Part shown: in pieces, positions 21,054 to 30,203 of the stretch | Numbering within the stretch: the first letter of the stretch is position 1 | How the letters are laid out: the number at the start of each line of letters is the position of its first letter | Position numbers and translations under genes: made by a program | NCBI GenBank assembly: GCA_003649205.1 | Contig: QMRC01000001.1 | Span: 64,001 to 128,000, forward strand | DNA: 64,000 bases | Origin: Thermoprotei archaeon | GTDB taxonomy: Archaea; Thermoproteota; Thermoprotei; Thermoproteales; B15-G16 | Reading direction: 5' to 3' | Notes under the pieces: generated by a model | The model's database searches: none | The model's input: the letters and a program-made list of their open reading frames with translations, nothing else | What the model was told of the DNA's origin: nothing

Positions 21054-21239
21054 GTGCCTAGAGTCTACAGATGTGCATTCTGTGGTCGTGAAATCCCACC
21101 AGGTACAGGCATGACATATGTCAAGAAGGACGGTACGATACTGAGGTTCTGCTCCAGGAAGTGTAGAGTTAGCATGCTAGAGATGAAGAGAGATCCGAGA
21201 AAGCTAAAGTGGACATTGAAGTACAAGAAGCAAGCTTAG
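21054..21239 (+). CDS. rpl24e: 50S ribosomal protein eL24
   Basis: CAFCG..IPPGTG..FCSRKC..PRKLKWT. Confidence 0.95.
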   Translation: MPRVYRCAFCGREIPPGTGMTYVKKDGTILRFCSRKCRVSMLEMKRDPRKLKWTLKYKKQA

Positions 21240-21437
21240 TCAGGTACCTCTAGTAAAACAGCACTGAACCTTATGTAGGGTACATTCCGTAGCTTGATAG
21301 ATATCACTTTTTCACTCAGTACTTCGTGATAGAACCTAGATTGTACGCAGCTCCTAATCTCTAAGTTAGAGTTCAAGGGAGAGAGCAGAATATATACACC
21401 CGAACTCGAGTAAGCTAACGAAAGGAGGTGTAGTTCT

Positions 21438-23264
21438 TTGAGTAGTACTGTCGTTGGTAGTAGAGGCCGAGTGATGAGAATTAGAGCACCTATAGTAGTT
21501 GTGTTAGGTCACGTAGATGTCGGTAAGACCTTACTTCTAGACAAGATCAGGGGTACTGCTGTAGCCTATCGAGAACCGGGTATGATTACTCAGCATGTTG
21601 GTGCTAGCTTCCTCCCCTGGAAAGCCCTCGAGAATTACTGTGGTGAACTTCTCGATATGTTCAAGCTGAGAGGTAAGGTTAAGATACCTGGCTTCCTCAT
21701 GATCGATACCCCAGGTCACGCAGCTTTCTCAAATCTTAGGAAGAGAGGTGGTTCAGTAGCTGACTTAGCTATTCTCGTTATTGATGTTCTCGAGGGTTTT
21801 GAGGAGCAGACATACGAGTGTATTGAGATATTGAAAGCTAGGAAGGTACCTTTTGTAGTTGCTGCTAACAAGATCGATAGGATACCCGGTTGGAAACCAC
21901 AACCCAATAAACCATTTCTGTACTCAATTCAGAAGCAACGTGAAGATGTAGTTGAGAGACTTGAGGAGTTACTCGCGAGAATAATTCTCGAATTCAATAA
22001 ATTAGGTTTCAATGCGGATAGGTACGATAGAGTTAGAGACTTCGCGCACACGGTAGCTATCGTACCTACGAGCGCATTGACGGGTGAGGGCGTTGCTGAT
22101 CTACTACTCGTTCTCGCTGGTATAGCTCAGAGATTCTCACTTGATAAGTTGAAGGTGAGTACTGGTGCTGGTAGAGGTGTCGTGTTGGAGGTGAAGGAGG
22201 AGAAGGGTCTTGGTGTAACAGCCGATGTAATTCTGTACGATGGTATCATCAGGAAAGGAGATACAATCGTTGTTGGTGGTCTCGAGAAGCCCATAGTTAC
22301 GAGAGTTAGAGCACTACTCGTACCCAAGCCAATGGATGAGATGAGAGATCCAGAAGATAGGTTCTACGACATGGATAGAGTTGAGGCTGCTGCAGGTGTT
22401 AAGCTAGTAGCTCCAGACCTGGATAAGGCTGTTGCAGGTGCACCAGTATTCGTAGTTCCTGAAGGTGAAGATGTTGAGAAGTACATTGAGTTAGTGAGAG
22501 CTGAGCTAGCTGAGGTCAGGATACAGAGAGATGTAGAGGGTGTTGTAGCTAAGGCAGATACACTAGGTACTCTTGAGTCCATGGTACTGTACTTAAGAGC
22601 ACACAACATCCCGGTTAGAATAGCAGACATAGGGCCAGTCAGCAAGAGGGACATCTTCGAGGCATACATAGCTAAGCAGAAGAACCCAATGTACGGAGTA
22701 GTACTAGCCTTTAACGTCAAGGTACCACCGGACGTAGAGGATGAAGCAATTAGGAAGGGAGTCAAGATCTTCCAGAGCAACATACTGTATAGACTAGTTG
22801 AGGAGTTCCTCAAGTGGTTCGAAGAGGTAAAGCAGAGAAAGCTAGAGGAAGAGCTCTCTAAGCTCATTAGACCAGCAAAGATCAGGATACTACCAGGCTA
22901 CATCTTCAGAAGGAGCGACCCAGCAATAGTAGGTGTCGAGGTACTCTCAGGTGTCATAAAGCCAGGTTACCCACTAATGAGAGCTGACGGTAGATCACTA
23001 GGACACATAATGCAGATACAGGAACACGGAAAACCACTACCAGAAGCAAGGAAAGGAGCAGCAGTAGCAATCTCAATTAGAGGAAACGTCATAGTAGGTA
23101 GACACATCAAGGAAGGAGACATAGTGTACGTAGACGTACCACTAGAACACTGCTACAGATGGGCATCAGACTACAGACAATACCTATCAGACGACGAAGT
23201 AGAAACCCTGAGAGAAATCCTAAACATAAAGAAAGAGCTAAAAGAGAAACGTAGAGTAGGGTAA
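21438..23264 (+). CDS. infB: Translation initiation factor aIF5B (IF-2)
   Basis: GHVDVGKT, ITQHVGA, DTPGH, NKID, KADTLGTLE. Confidence 0.96.
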   Translation: MSSTVVGSRGRVMRIRAPIVVVLGHVDVGKTLLLDKIRGTAVAYREPGMITQHVGASFLPWKALENYCGELLDMFKLRGKVKIPGFLMIDTPGHAAFSNLRKRGGSVADLAILVIDVLEGFEEQTYECIEILKARKVPFVVAANKIDRIPGWKPQPNKPFLYSIQKQREDVVERLEELLARIILEFNKLGFNADRYDRVRDFAHTVAIVPTSALTGEGVADLLLVLAGIAQRFSLDKLKVSTGAGRGVVLEVKEEKGLGVTADVILYDGIIRKGDTIVVGGLEKPIVTRVRALLVPKPMDEMRDPEDRFYDMDRVEAAAGVKLVAPDLDKAVAGAPVFVVPEGEDVEKYIELVRAELAEVRIQRDVEGVVAKADTLGTLESMVLYLRAHNIPVRIADIGPVSKRDIFEAYIAKQKNPMYGVVLAFNVKVPPDVEDEAIRKGVKIFQSNILYRLVEEFLKWFEEVKQRKLEEELSKLIRPAKIRILPGYIFRRSDPAIVGVEVLSGVIKPGYPLMRADGRSLGHIMQIQEHGKPLPEARKGAAVAISIRGNVIVGRHIKEGDIVYVDVPLEHCYRWASDYRQYLSDDEVETLREILNIKKELKEKRRVG

Positions 23265-23278
23265 CCCCCGGTGATCCA

Positions 23279-23758
23279 ATGCCAACATTTAAGGTAGTCA
23301 TCAGCGACCCAATGACAGGACTATCCAAGCAAGTAGAGGTAAAAGACCCAACAGCACAAGCATTCATAGGTAGGAAGATAGGTGATGTACTAGACGGGAA
23401 AATACTCGGACTACCAGAAGGAATTAAGATACAGATAACAGGAGGTAGCGGTAACGAGGGTAGCCCCCTCCTACCATTTATTGAAGGCCCTGTTAAGAGA
23501 TACGCACTGCTCTCAGGGCCACCCGGATTTCATCCAAGGAGAAGAGGTGAAAGAAGGAGAAAGCTAGTTAGGGGCAACACGATAACAGATACCGTCAGTC
23601 AGATTAATGTCAAGATAATCTACCCACCAAACTGGGATAAGGGACCCATCATTACATGGGAAGTTATTGGTAAACAACCAAAGAACAAGAGAATTCAGAA
23701 GCTCTACGAAAAGAAGATTAAGGAAGCTACTAAGCTAGCAAGTCAGACAGGAAAGTGA
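23279..23758 (+). CDS. rps6e: 30S ribosomal protein eS6
   Basis: FKVVISDP, ITGGSG, GERRRKLVRG. Confidence 0.94.
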   Translation: MPTFKVVISDPMTGLSKQVEVKDPTAQAFIGRKIGDVLDGKILGLPEGIKIQITGGSGNEGSPLLPFIEGPVKRYALLSGPPGFHPRRRGERRRKLVRGNTITDTVSQINVKIIYPPNWDKGPIITWEVIGKQPKNKRIQKLYEKKIKEATKLASQTGK

Positions 23759-23787
23759 GGAAGAGGAGAGAGGTGGGTGGGGGTTTC

Positions 23788-24075
23788 CTACATTAACCTG
23801 CTTTTTACGTCTCTAATTGCTTCCTCTATGGTCTCTGGTATCGGTAGGTTAAGCTCATTCTACAGTTCAATAAGTTGAGTAGGTTTTCTGGGTACTTCCT
23901 TACGCCAATTTTGATTGTGTAGTAGAGCTTGTTGTATGTTTGATCTTTACCCCTACATATTGTGTACCTGATGTTGTACTTTCTAAGTAGCTCGACTATC
24001 TTTTCGGAATCTCGTACCTATCTTCTGGTACTCTCGGTACTTCTAAGAACCCTTTACATCGATAGTTCCTCTTGA
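23788..24075 (-). pseudogene. Degenerate LAGLIDADG-like endonuclease remnant
   Basis: Across frameshifts and stops reads RGTIDVKGS*..DSEKIVELLRKYNIRYTI..YYTIKIGVRK..IEEAIRDVKSRLM*. Confidence 0.4.
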
Positions 24076-24402
24076 TCCGTAGTAGTACATTCCTAACATT
24101 CGTTACTCTATGACTCGAGATCAATATCTTTCTCGGTTGTTGTTTCTTACCTGGATTTCTCCTTAACCTTATTGAAAAACTCATTTAACTTCAATCCACA
24201 TACCAGTATCTCCTTCATAATTTGAAGAAACTTCAAGAGCTTCATCAGTAAGTATTCCAGCCTTAACTATTAGCTCCTTAAGATCTTTCCCCTCCTTAAC
24301 CTGAATTATGGTGTTAAAGAGGCTTACACACCCTATCTATTCCAGACTCCAGACATGGTTAATGCCTTGATATAGAAGCATAGCCCATATAGTTAGGATT
24401 TA

Positions 24403-24927
24403 GTGAGGTGTAGACCTATAGGGAGAGACAAAAGAGATTCACTAATTGCCACTGATCGTAGTAAGGGTAGGAAGGTCACATTGTATTCTATTGTGGTATC
24501 TTCCATGAGGGCTAGGGATGAGCTGACGAGGTATGTTGATACGTTTAAACATGTAAAGTTCCTTAGTAGACATGAACGAACAACATACTTCCCTAAGACA
24601 CTTAGGATTATCAAGACACTCGTTGATGCAGATATTTTGCTAAGTATTGATGTAACTAACTACCTAGGAGTACTTCTAGATCATCTTGAGAAAATTAGTA
24701 ATAGAGTAAATAGAGTACTTGTCGCTGTTACAGATGACTACCTAGTTAATATCACCAGGAATAAGCTTAGAGAATCAGTAGTTATAGCTGAAGGCTCTCT
24801 AAGAAGGTATAGAGTTACGCTAGAAAACCTTGGATTAAAGTCATCTGTAATGTACGTTCTTCTAGGTATTGCTGATACACTAGCAGCTTACACTAGAATA
24901 CAAGTTGAAGATCAGGGCAGAAAATAG
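24403..24927 (+). CDS. DUF3800-like RNase H-fold protein
   Basis: N-terminal strand LIATDRSKG + VTLYSIVV, central VAVTDD, C-terminal LLGIADTLAAYTR resembling the QxAD helix of DUF3800. Confidence 0.55.
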   Translation: MRCRPIGRDKRDSLIATDRSKGRKVTLYSIVVSSMRARDELTRYVDTFKHVKFLSRHERTTYFPKTLRIIKTLVDADILLSIDVTNYLGVLLDHLEKISNRVNRVLVAVTDDYLVNITRNKLRESVVIAEGSLRRYRVTLENLGLKSSVMYVLLGIADTLAAYTRIQVEDQGRK

Positions 24928-24976
24928 AGAAATAAGATCGAAATTATCACTAAAGTGGAGTTTATGAAAGGTAGAC

Positions 24977-25036
24977 AAGCTCCGCCCCAACCTCATCCCC
25001 CGGGAGTATCCCCCGGCGGTCGAGGGCTTCATCCGG
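24977..25036 (-). ncRNA. Putative ~60-nt structured RNA with two kink-turn motifs, convergent on the DUF3800-like gene
   Basis: CCGGAUGAAGCCCUCGACCGCCGGGGGAUACUCCCGGGGGAUGAGGUUGGGGCGGAGCUU; 42/60 GC in AT-rich flanks; 7-bp hairpin; GAU-GA/GA k-turn pairs; TATA box ~25 nt upstream. Confidence 0.65.
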
Positions 25037-25058
25037 ATAAATAATAGTTTCTAGAGAA

Positions 25059-25066
25059 TTTATATA
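25059..25066. promoter_or_regulatory. TATA box readable in both directions (TTTATATA / TATATAAA) with purine-rich BRE-like flanks
   Basis: gagaaTTTATATAgcttttgc; spacing fits the minus-strand RNA (~25034) and a plus-strand transcript for the 25116 ORF. Confidence 0.55.
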
Positions 25067-25115
25067 GCTTTTGCAACTAAAGCCAAAACCGTAAGCGAGA
25101 TAGTATTAATAAGAG

Positions 25116-25589
25116 GTGGTATTTCTGAGATTGCCTTTTCCTAAGTCTAAGAGATTCTATGTGTATCTATGGATTGACTTAGTCATTAGCTCACTTCTTC
25201 TTTCGTTCATAATTTTTATAACGTTTCTCGCCGCTCTCTCCCAGCAATGGCTTGTTTTCATTATTTTTCTAGGATTTCTTTTCGCCTATGTTTGGTGTTG
25301 GTACTCTAGAGACCTATTTATCTTGAGGAATTGGCGTAAGTGTAAGGTTGTTGTTACTGAAAGCTATGATCCGCATTATTTCAAAGCCAAGGGATTTGAA
25401 TTAAATATAAGGAAAATACCTTTCTCATGGTCTAAATATTACAAAGTAACTGTAAACAATGTAAGCTTTATAGTTTATCCTACGAGAATAACTGGTAAAA
25501 TAATGGTAATTCCAGTGAACATACATTTAATACCGAAAAACGTTAATGAGGAAGATTTACGTAAAATACTCCAATTAATTCCAGCGTAG
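25116..25589 (+). CDS. Hypothetical membrane protein (2 N-terminal TM helices)
   Basis: Hydrophobic helices at about residues 15-62; AT-rich; no family recognised. Confidence 0.6.
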   Translation: MVFLRLPFPKSKRFYVYLWIDLVISSLLLSFIIFITFLAALSQQWLVFIIFLGFLFAYVWCWYSRDLFILRNWRKCKVVVTESYDPHYFKAKGFELNIRKIPFSWSKYYKVTVNNVSFIVYPTRITGKIMVIPVNIHLIPKNVNEEDLRKILQLIPA

Positions 25590-26106
25590 ACCACACCATG
25601 CAAGTTGTGAATTTACACATTCCTACACTTCTAGGCCTCAGCTTTGGGTTATTGTACATTATTACTGGTGCATTGTTCTTTACTTTTATTCGTAGGATTC
25701 TTTGTAGGATTAGGCTTACATCTCGGATTCATAGTAGGCATAAAGAGCTATGGTAAGATGGCCTTTCTAATAGCTTCAAACCTATTAGTTACATGCTTAG
25801 AGGCACTAGGTTTTAAGTAACTCCTCATTTATCTTAAAAGTAACAGTCCTCATAATATCACAGTATTCAAATGCTGTTGATGAAGAAGATAGTAAAGCTT
25901 GTTGGATACTATTTCACTAAGGTTCAGGTTCGCTCCACGAACCTCTTATCACGGTCATTAAGCGTGTCAAAATACCTTGGGATTCCTTCACACAATCTCC
26001 TTAATCCTCCTAACGGTAACCTAAACTTCGCCCAAGACCAGTTCTCTATTTAGACTAGTACTAGTAGATGTATGTAAAAACTATTTCCAGTTTAGACTGC
26101 GAGTAG

Positions 26107-26427
26107 GTGTCTGGTATAGAAGGAACCCTCCTAGAGAAGTATGGAAACAGATTTGTATGGATTTGTTACTACTCTTCATTCCAAAGCGGTTCTATGCCTT
26201 GTAGACTTAGATTTAATGGTGCTTTACGATTATTGTTTTACCTTCTTGATGTTGGTGAAGCTAGTTTTAGTAGAACTAGGAATGATTCGATGAAGTATGA
26301 GACTGTGGCTAGAGCTGTTGAGATACTTAAGGAGGTTGGTTTTATTGAGGAGAGAGTAGACAATAAACCACCATACCCTAGACTAGTTAAATTAACTGAT
26401 AAGGGTAAAAATGCTAGTGAACTCTAA
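26107..26427 (+). CDS. Winged-helix (MarR/HxlR-like) DNA-binding protein, possibly truncated
   Basis: TVARAVEILKEVGFIEE..RLVKLTDKGK wing motif. Confidence 0.6.
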   Translation: MSGIEGTLLEKYGNRFVWICYYSSFQSGSMPCRLRFNGALRLLFYLLDVGEASFSRTRNDSMKYETVARAVEILKEVGFIEERVDNKPPYPRLVKLTDKGKNASEL

Positions 26428-26436
26428 CAGCTTCGC

Positions 26437-26622
26437 TCATAAATCCTCTGGATTTTCTCCCCAATTAATCAGTAGTTCCTTATCCAGCACCATTCCATAT
26501 AGTTCTCTTAGCTTCTCAATTACCTTTCCTCCATCCCTTATCTTTTCCTTGTACTACTCTTGCTTCTCAAGAGCTAGTAGTAATGCATTTTCAACACCAC
26601 AAGCATACATACCATTACCCAT
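26437..26622 (-). pseudogene. Gene fragment with internal stop, function unknown
   Basis: MGNGMYACGVENALLLALEKQE*YKEKIRDGGKVIEKLRELYG.. has natural protein-like composition; explains the Ser-rich shadow ORF on the plus strand. Confidence 0.3.
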
Positions 26623-26865
26623 GGTCCCTTAGCATTCAAGAGGACGCCCCATTGTAATGCGAGGTTTTAGAGTACTCTCAGGTGATGTTATTAATTTATG
26701 ACTAGGCGGGTAAAACCTTTAAAACTAGACGAGGAAACATATCAGACCTAGGCTTATGGTATAGTAGTAAGGCTAAGCTTTACTTTAGGAAAGGGGAAGA
26801 GCTATTTCAGCAATATAGGTTTCCATAAGCATTCAGTTATTTCAGGAAAGTATAGCGTTTACCTC

Positions 26866-26925
26866 AAAATTATCTGTGAATTCTTTAAAATTATCATTAA
26901 AATTATCATTACTAAAAATTACCAT
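26866..26925 (+). repeat. Four imperfect direct repeats AAAATTA(T/C)C
   Basis: Copies at 26866, 26887, 26899, 26915. Confidence 0.7.
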
Positions 26926-27020
26926 AAAGAACATTATGTCAGTGAGCATCTAGAGAAAATAGCCAAAGATATAGACTCCCTTAAGAAAGAGCTTTCACGA
27001 TTAGCCCTAGCATCTAGTCG

Positions 27021-27752
27021 ATGGGTGAGAATGCGACAAAAGACCAGAGGAATTATACGACATGGAAATCAGCGTCCAACGTACTAAACATGTTCAGAAA
27101 CTTCTCAACACTCTTTCTTCCCTTTGGTGCTTCAAGATCTAGATTAAATACTCGGAGAGAATCAAATAAGCAAGCGCAACCAGAAGGCTTGAAAGATCCT
27201 CAGTATAGTAGAGGAGATGGCATAGTTAGTCGAGCAAAATTTGATTACGTAGATCTCTTAATACTAAAGGAGCTAGAGAAAGAAGCACCAAGAGCACCAG
27301 AGGAGCTATCACGAACATTGAATATATGTTCAAAATCGATAAAAAGACATTTCAATAAGCACATCCTCAGGAGAGGTCTCATTGAAGCTCTTCGCATAAG
27401 ATGCTTCTGGTGGAAACCGGAAGAGGCATTATGGTACTCGATGTCGATTACATTTAGCTCAGAAAGTTTCGTTAAATCATTTATAAATACACTATATGGA
27501 TCACCAATAGTTCAATAATTTCTGCTAACAACAAAAGCACGACACATCCTAGTATCAATAGTGCTACCACGAAGCGAAGTAGTAGGTTTATTAAACTTCG
27601 TAAAAAGATTGAAGCATCACAACATTATCACAAAGCTTGAAATGTACCAGTTAGTACTGGATAGCTTCAAGAACTTTACAATACCTTATGAATGCTATGC
27701 AGAAGAGCCAGCTTCTGGAAGTTACCTGTGTCCAGTATTTAGAGTTTTTTAA
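27021..27752 (+). pseudogene. Lrp/AsnC-like HTH regulator interrupted by an in-frame TAA (27516-27518); N-terminus also degraded
   Basis: FDYVDLLILKELEK..ELSRTLN..SIKRHFNKH; ORFs 27021-27518 and 27561-27752 share one frame with no other stop between them. Confidence 0.65.
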
Positions 27753-27757
27753 CTTTA

Positions 27758-27798
27758 CTGCCATGGCAGCCAAGATACATGATAGGTATGCATACCTA
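27758..27798. promoter_or_regulatory. Two perfect palindromes (CTGCCATGGCAG 27758-27769; TAGGTATGCATACCTA 27783-27798) downstream of a TATA-like TTTTTAAC, upstream of the RiPP precursor
   Basis: Direct reading; operator or 5'-UTR hairpin role is inferred. Confidence 0.5.
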
Positions 27799-27830
27799 CT
27801 CTGGCTTAGATCGTGAATACGGTGCTGAGA

Positions 27831-27944
27831 ATGAGGCCAAAAGATATGAGAAGTAGGGTGCTAGTACTCGAAAGGGCTAAGAGCACAATGCTAACAGAGC
27901 CTAACTTCTTCTGTGGGAGCTTCATATCACCTGTACGTACATAG
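27831..27944 (+). CDS. Putative RiPP precursor peptide, 37 aa: MRPKDMRSRVLVLERAKSTMLTEPNFFCGSFISPVRT
   Basis: ATG after GGTG RBS-like motif; stop 10 nt before the rSAM start; basic/hydrophobic leader-like half, aromatic core with a single Cys; below the ORF-track cutoff. Confidence 0.7.
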   Translation: MRPKDMRSRVLVLERAKSTMLTEPNFFCGSFISPVRT

Positions 27945-27954
27945 AGGGATCACC

Positions 27955-29292
27955 ATGTTCAAACTCTCGAAATTCACTTTATTTTTCCCATATAATGAAA
28001 ACTACGTACTACTTTACAACACCTTGACGAAAGCAATAGCACTAGTCACAAAAGATCTAGCCTATGCACTACGCTCTGGTAATTTTAATGAACTCAGCAA
28101 GGATGAACTCAATGAGCTGTTAAGTAATGGCTTTTTAGTAGAAAAAGATATTGACGAAACAAAACTGCTGATATACCACAGCTATAGATCAATCTTCAAC
28201 TACTCATACCTAAACTTGGTACTTCACATCACATCAGCATGTAATATGAGCTGTATATACTGTTATGAAGGGCCTAAACGAGGACTACATATGGATGAGA
28301 AGGTATGTCAAAATGTAGTGAAGTTCGTTAAGAGGATTGTAGAATGTAGAGGATCAAGGAACGTTGTCACATTACTTCACGGTGGAGAACCTCTCCTGAA
28401 TTATAGGATCCTACTAACGTACTGTCGAGAAATCTATAAGCTCGCTGATGAATATAGGTTGAAAGTAGAGAATATATTGATAACTAATGGTACATTGTTG
28501 ACAAAAGATAAAATTGATACTATATCATGCCTTGTGAACGAAGTACAGGTAACGCTTGATGGTCCTAGAGATATACACGACTTCCGACGACCTTTCATTG
28601 ATGGTAAGGGGACGTTTGATGTAATACTGAGAAATGTGCTTGAGATTGTTGACAGAGTGCAGACCCTAAGTATCAGAATAAATGTTGATAAGCAGAATGT
28701 TATGTACATCACTAAGCTGCTTGACTTACTCAGGGACTATGGTCTTAATAGGAGAAATGTCCTTATAGGTTTTGGTCGAGTATTTGTACCAAGGGTCAGT
28801 AATGGTAGGTACAATCCTGACTGGATTTTCAGTTACAGAGAATTCGTAGATGTCCTCATTGGTCTTCAGAAAGAGGCATTGAGAAGGGGGTTCAAGATAG
28901 TTAGGAAGATAGAGTTAAGGCCTTGCCCTGCATTGCACGATAATAGCTTCGCAGTAGATGAGAGGGGTAAAATATACAAATGTCCTGTATTTGTATGGGA
29001 TGAGAGATTCGCTATTGGAAACATAGATGATCTTGAGATTGCTCTCTTCAGAAATTCATTCGCTAATTACTTGGACTTCATACTAGAGGTTCCTTGGCAG
29101 AAACATTTGGGATGTCCATACTTGCCAATGTGTTACGCTGGCTGCACATACGAGTCTATAGTGCTTAAGGGTAAGATCAATGAGGTATGCTGTCCAAGGG
29201 ATTACTTTGAAAAGTTAGGTGAATTACTTAGGCTCTACGTGGAGTCAAGATATGGAGATGTTCTTGAGAGGTTTAGTAGATGCAGGTGCTGA
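27955..29292 (+). CDS. Radical SAM/SPASM peptide maturase with N-terminal RRE-like domain; start set at MFKLSKF
   Basis: KLSKF..VLLYNTLT..LLSNGFL N-domain; CNMSCIYC; HGGEPLL; TNG; TLDG; SPASM C-x13-G-x4-C..HxxCx5Cx3C..CC. Confidence 0.9.
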   Translation: MFKLSKFTLFFPYNENYVLLYNTLTKAIALVTKDLAYALRSGNFNELSKDELNELLSNGFLVEKDIDETKLLIYHSYRSIFNYSYLNLVLHITSACNMSCIYCYEGPKRGLHMDEKVCQNVVKFVKRIVECRGSRNVVTLLHGGEPLLNYRILLTYCREIYKLADEYRLKVENILITNGTLLTKDKIDTISCLVNEVQVTLDGPRDIHDFRRPFIDGKGTFDVILRNVLEIVDRVQTLSIRINVDKQNVMYITKLLDLLRDYGLNRRNVLIGFGRVFVPRVSNGRYNPDWIFSYREFVDVLIGLQKEALRRGFKIVRKIELRPCPALHDNSFAVDERGKIYKCPVFVWDERFAIGNIDDLEIALFRNSFANYLDFILEVPWQKHLGCPYLPMCYAGCTYESIVLKGKINEVCCPRDYFEKLGELLRLYVESRYGDVLERFSRCRC

Positions 29293-30203
29293 TAACACGT
29301 GAATTAACTAAGGTCTATAGTGGCTATGTTGTAGCGAATGACAATATCAACATTACGGTCAATAGAGGTGAGGTAGTTGGTATACTTGGTCCTAATGGTG
29401 CTGGTAAGACAACTTTCGTTCGACAGGTCATAGGTGTGCTTAAGCCAACACGTGGATACATTGAGCTACTTGGTCACAAGGTACCTGATGAGATTCACAG
29501 GGTTAAGCACTTCATTGGGTATATGCCTCAGTACCCAGCTTACTACCATGGAGTAACTGTATACCAGCTAGTGTACTACATCGCTAGACTATACGGTATG
29601 TCTAGACGAGAGGCAAAGAGTAGGACTTCTGAAATTCTCAAGGAGATGAACCTCCTAGACTACGCTAACTACTATCACAATAACCTCTCAGTTGGTCTAG
29701 CTAGAGTAACTTACTTTTGCTCAGCTATAGTTCACGATCCAGAGTTCCTAGTACTAGATGAACCAACTAGTATGTTGGATCCATCTATGAGACGTAGAGT
29801 GATATCGAAGATTAAGGAGATGAAGAGACAGGGTAAGACCGTACTTCTGACGACAAATATCATTAGGGATGTTGAGGAGCTATGTGATAGGGTTTACTTC
29901 CTACTAAATGGTAGAGTATTGCTTGAGGGTAGTCCTAGTGAGATTGTATCTCGTATTCTCGGTACAATTAAGGTTCATGTCAAGGTTCGTGAGAAAATTC
30001 CGCTAGAAGAGATGATTAGAGAAAGGTATGGAGATTGCATCGAATCTATTGAGTACTTAGAGGACAATGAGATTGTGCTGAGTGTAAGGAATCTAGTTAG
30101 GGCTTTGGATTTTGTTAAGGAGATAGCGAAGGTAGCAAACATAACCTATATCTCAATCTCAACTCCATCACTTGAGGAGGTGTACCTGAAGATATATGGT
30201 TGA
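29280..30203 (+). CDS. ABC-2 type exporter ATP-binding subunit
   Basis: GPNGAGKT, LDEPT; overlaps the rSAM stop. Confidence 0.9.
   Translation: MQVLITRELTKVYSGYVVANDNINITVNRGEVVGILGPNGAGKTTFVRQVIGVLKPTRGYIELLGHKVPDEIHRVKHFIGYMPQYPAYYHGVTVYQLVYYIARLYGMSRREAKSRTSEILKEMNLLDYANYYHNNLSVGLARVTYFCSAIVHDPEFLVLDEPTSMLDPSMRRRVISKIKEMKRQGKTVLLTTNIIRDVEELCDRVYFLLNGRVLLEGSPSEIVSRILGTIKVHVKVREKIPLEEMIRERYGDCIESIEYLEDNEIVLSVRNLVRALDFVKEIAKVANITYISISTPSLEEVYLKIYG

Noticed and set aside
22364-22867. Antisense ORFs inside core genes (e.g. 167 aa opposite infB)
   Set aside because: Ser/Thr/Leu-rich shadows of well-supported genes.
26411-26632. Ser-rich 73-aa ORF as a possible RiPP precursor
   Set aside because: Its composition is explained by a more natural reading frame on the opposite strand.
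26866-26925. Repeats as a CRISPR remnant or iterons
   Set aside because: Units are 9-12 bp with irregular short spacing, more like slippage in AT-rich DNA; no cas or rep gene nearby.
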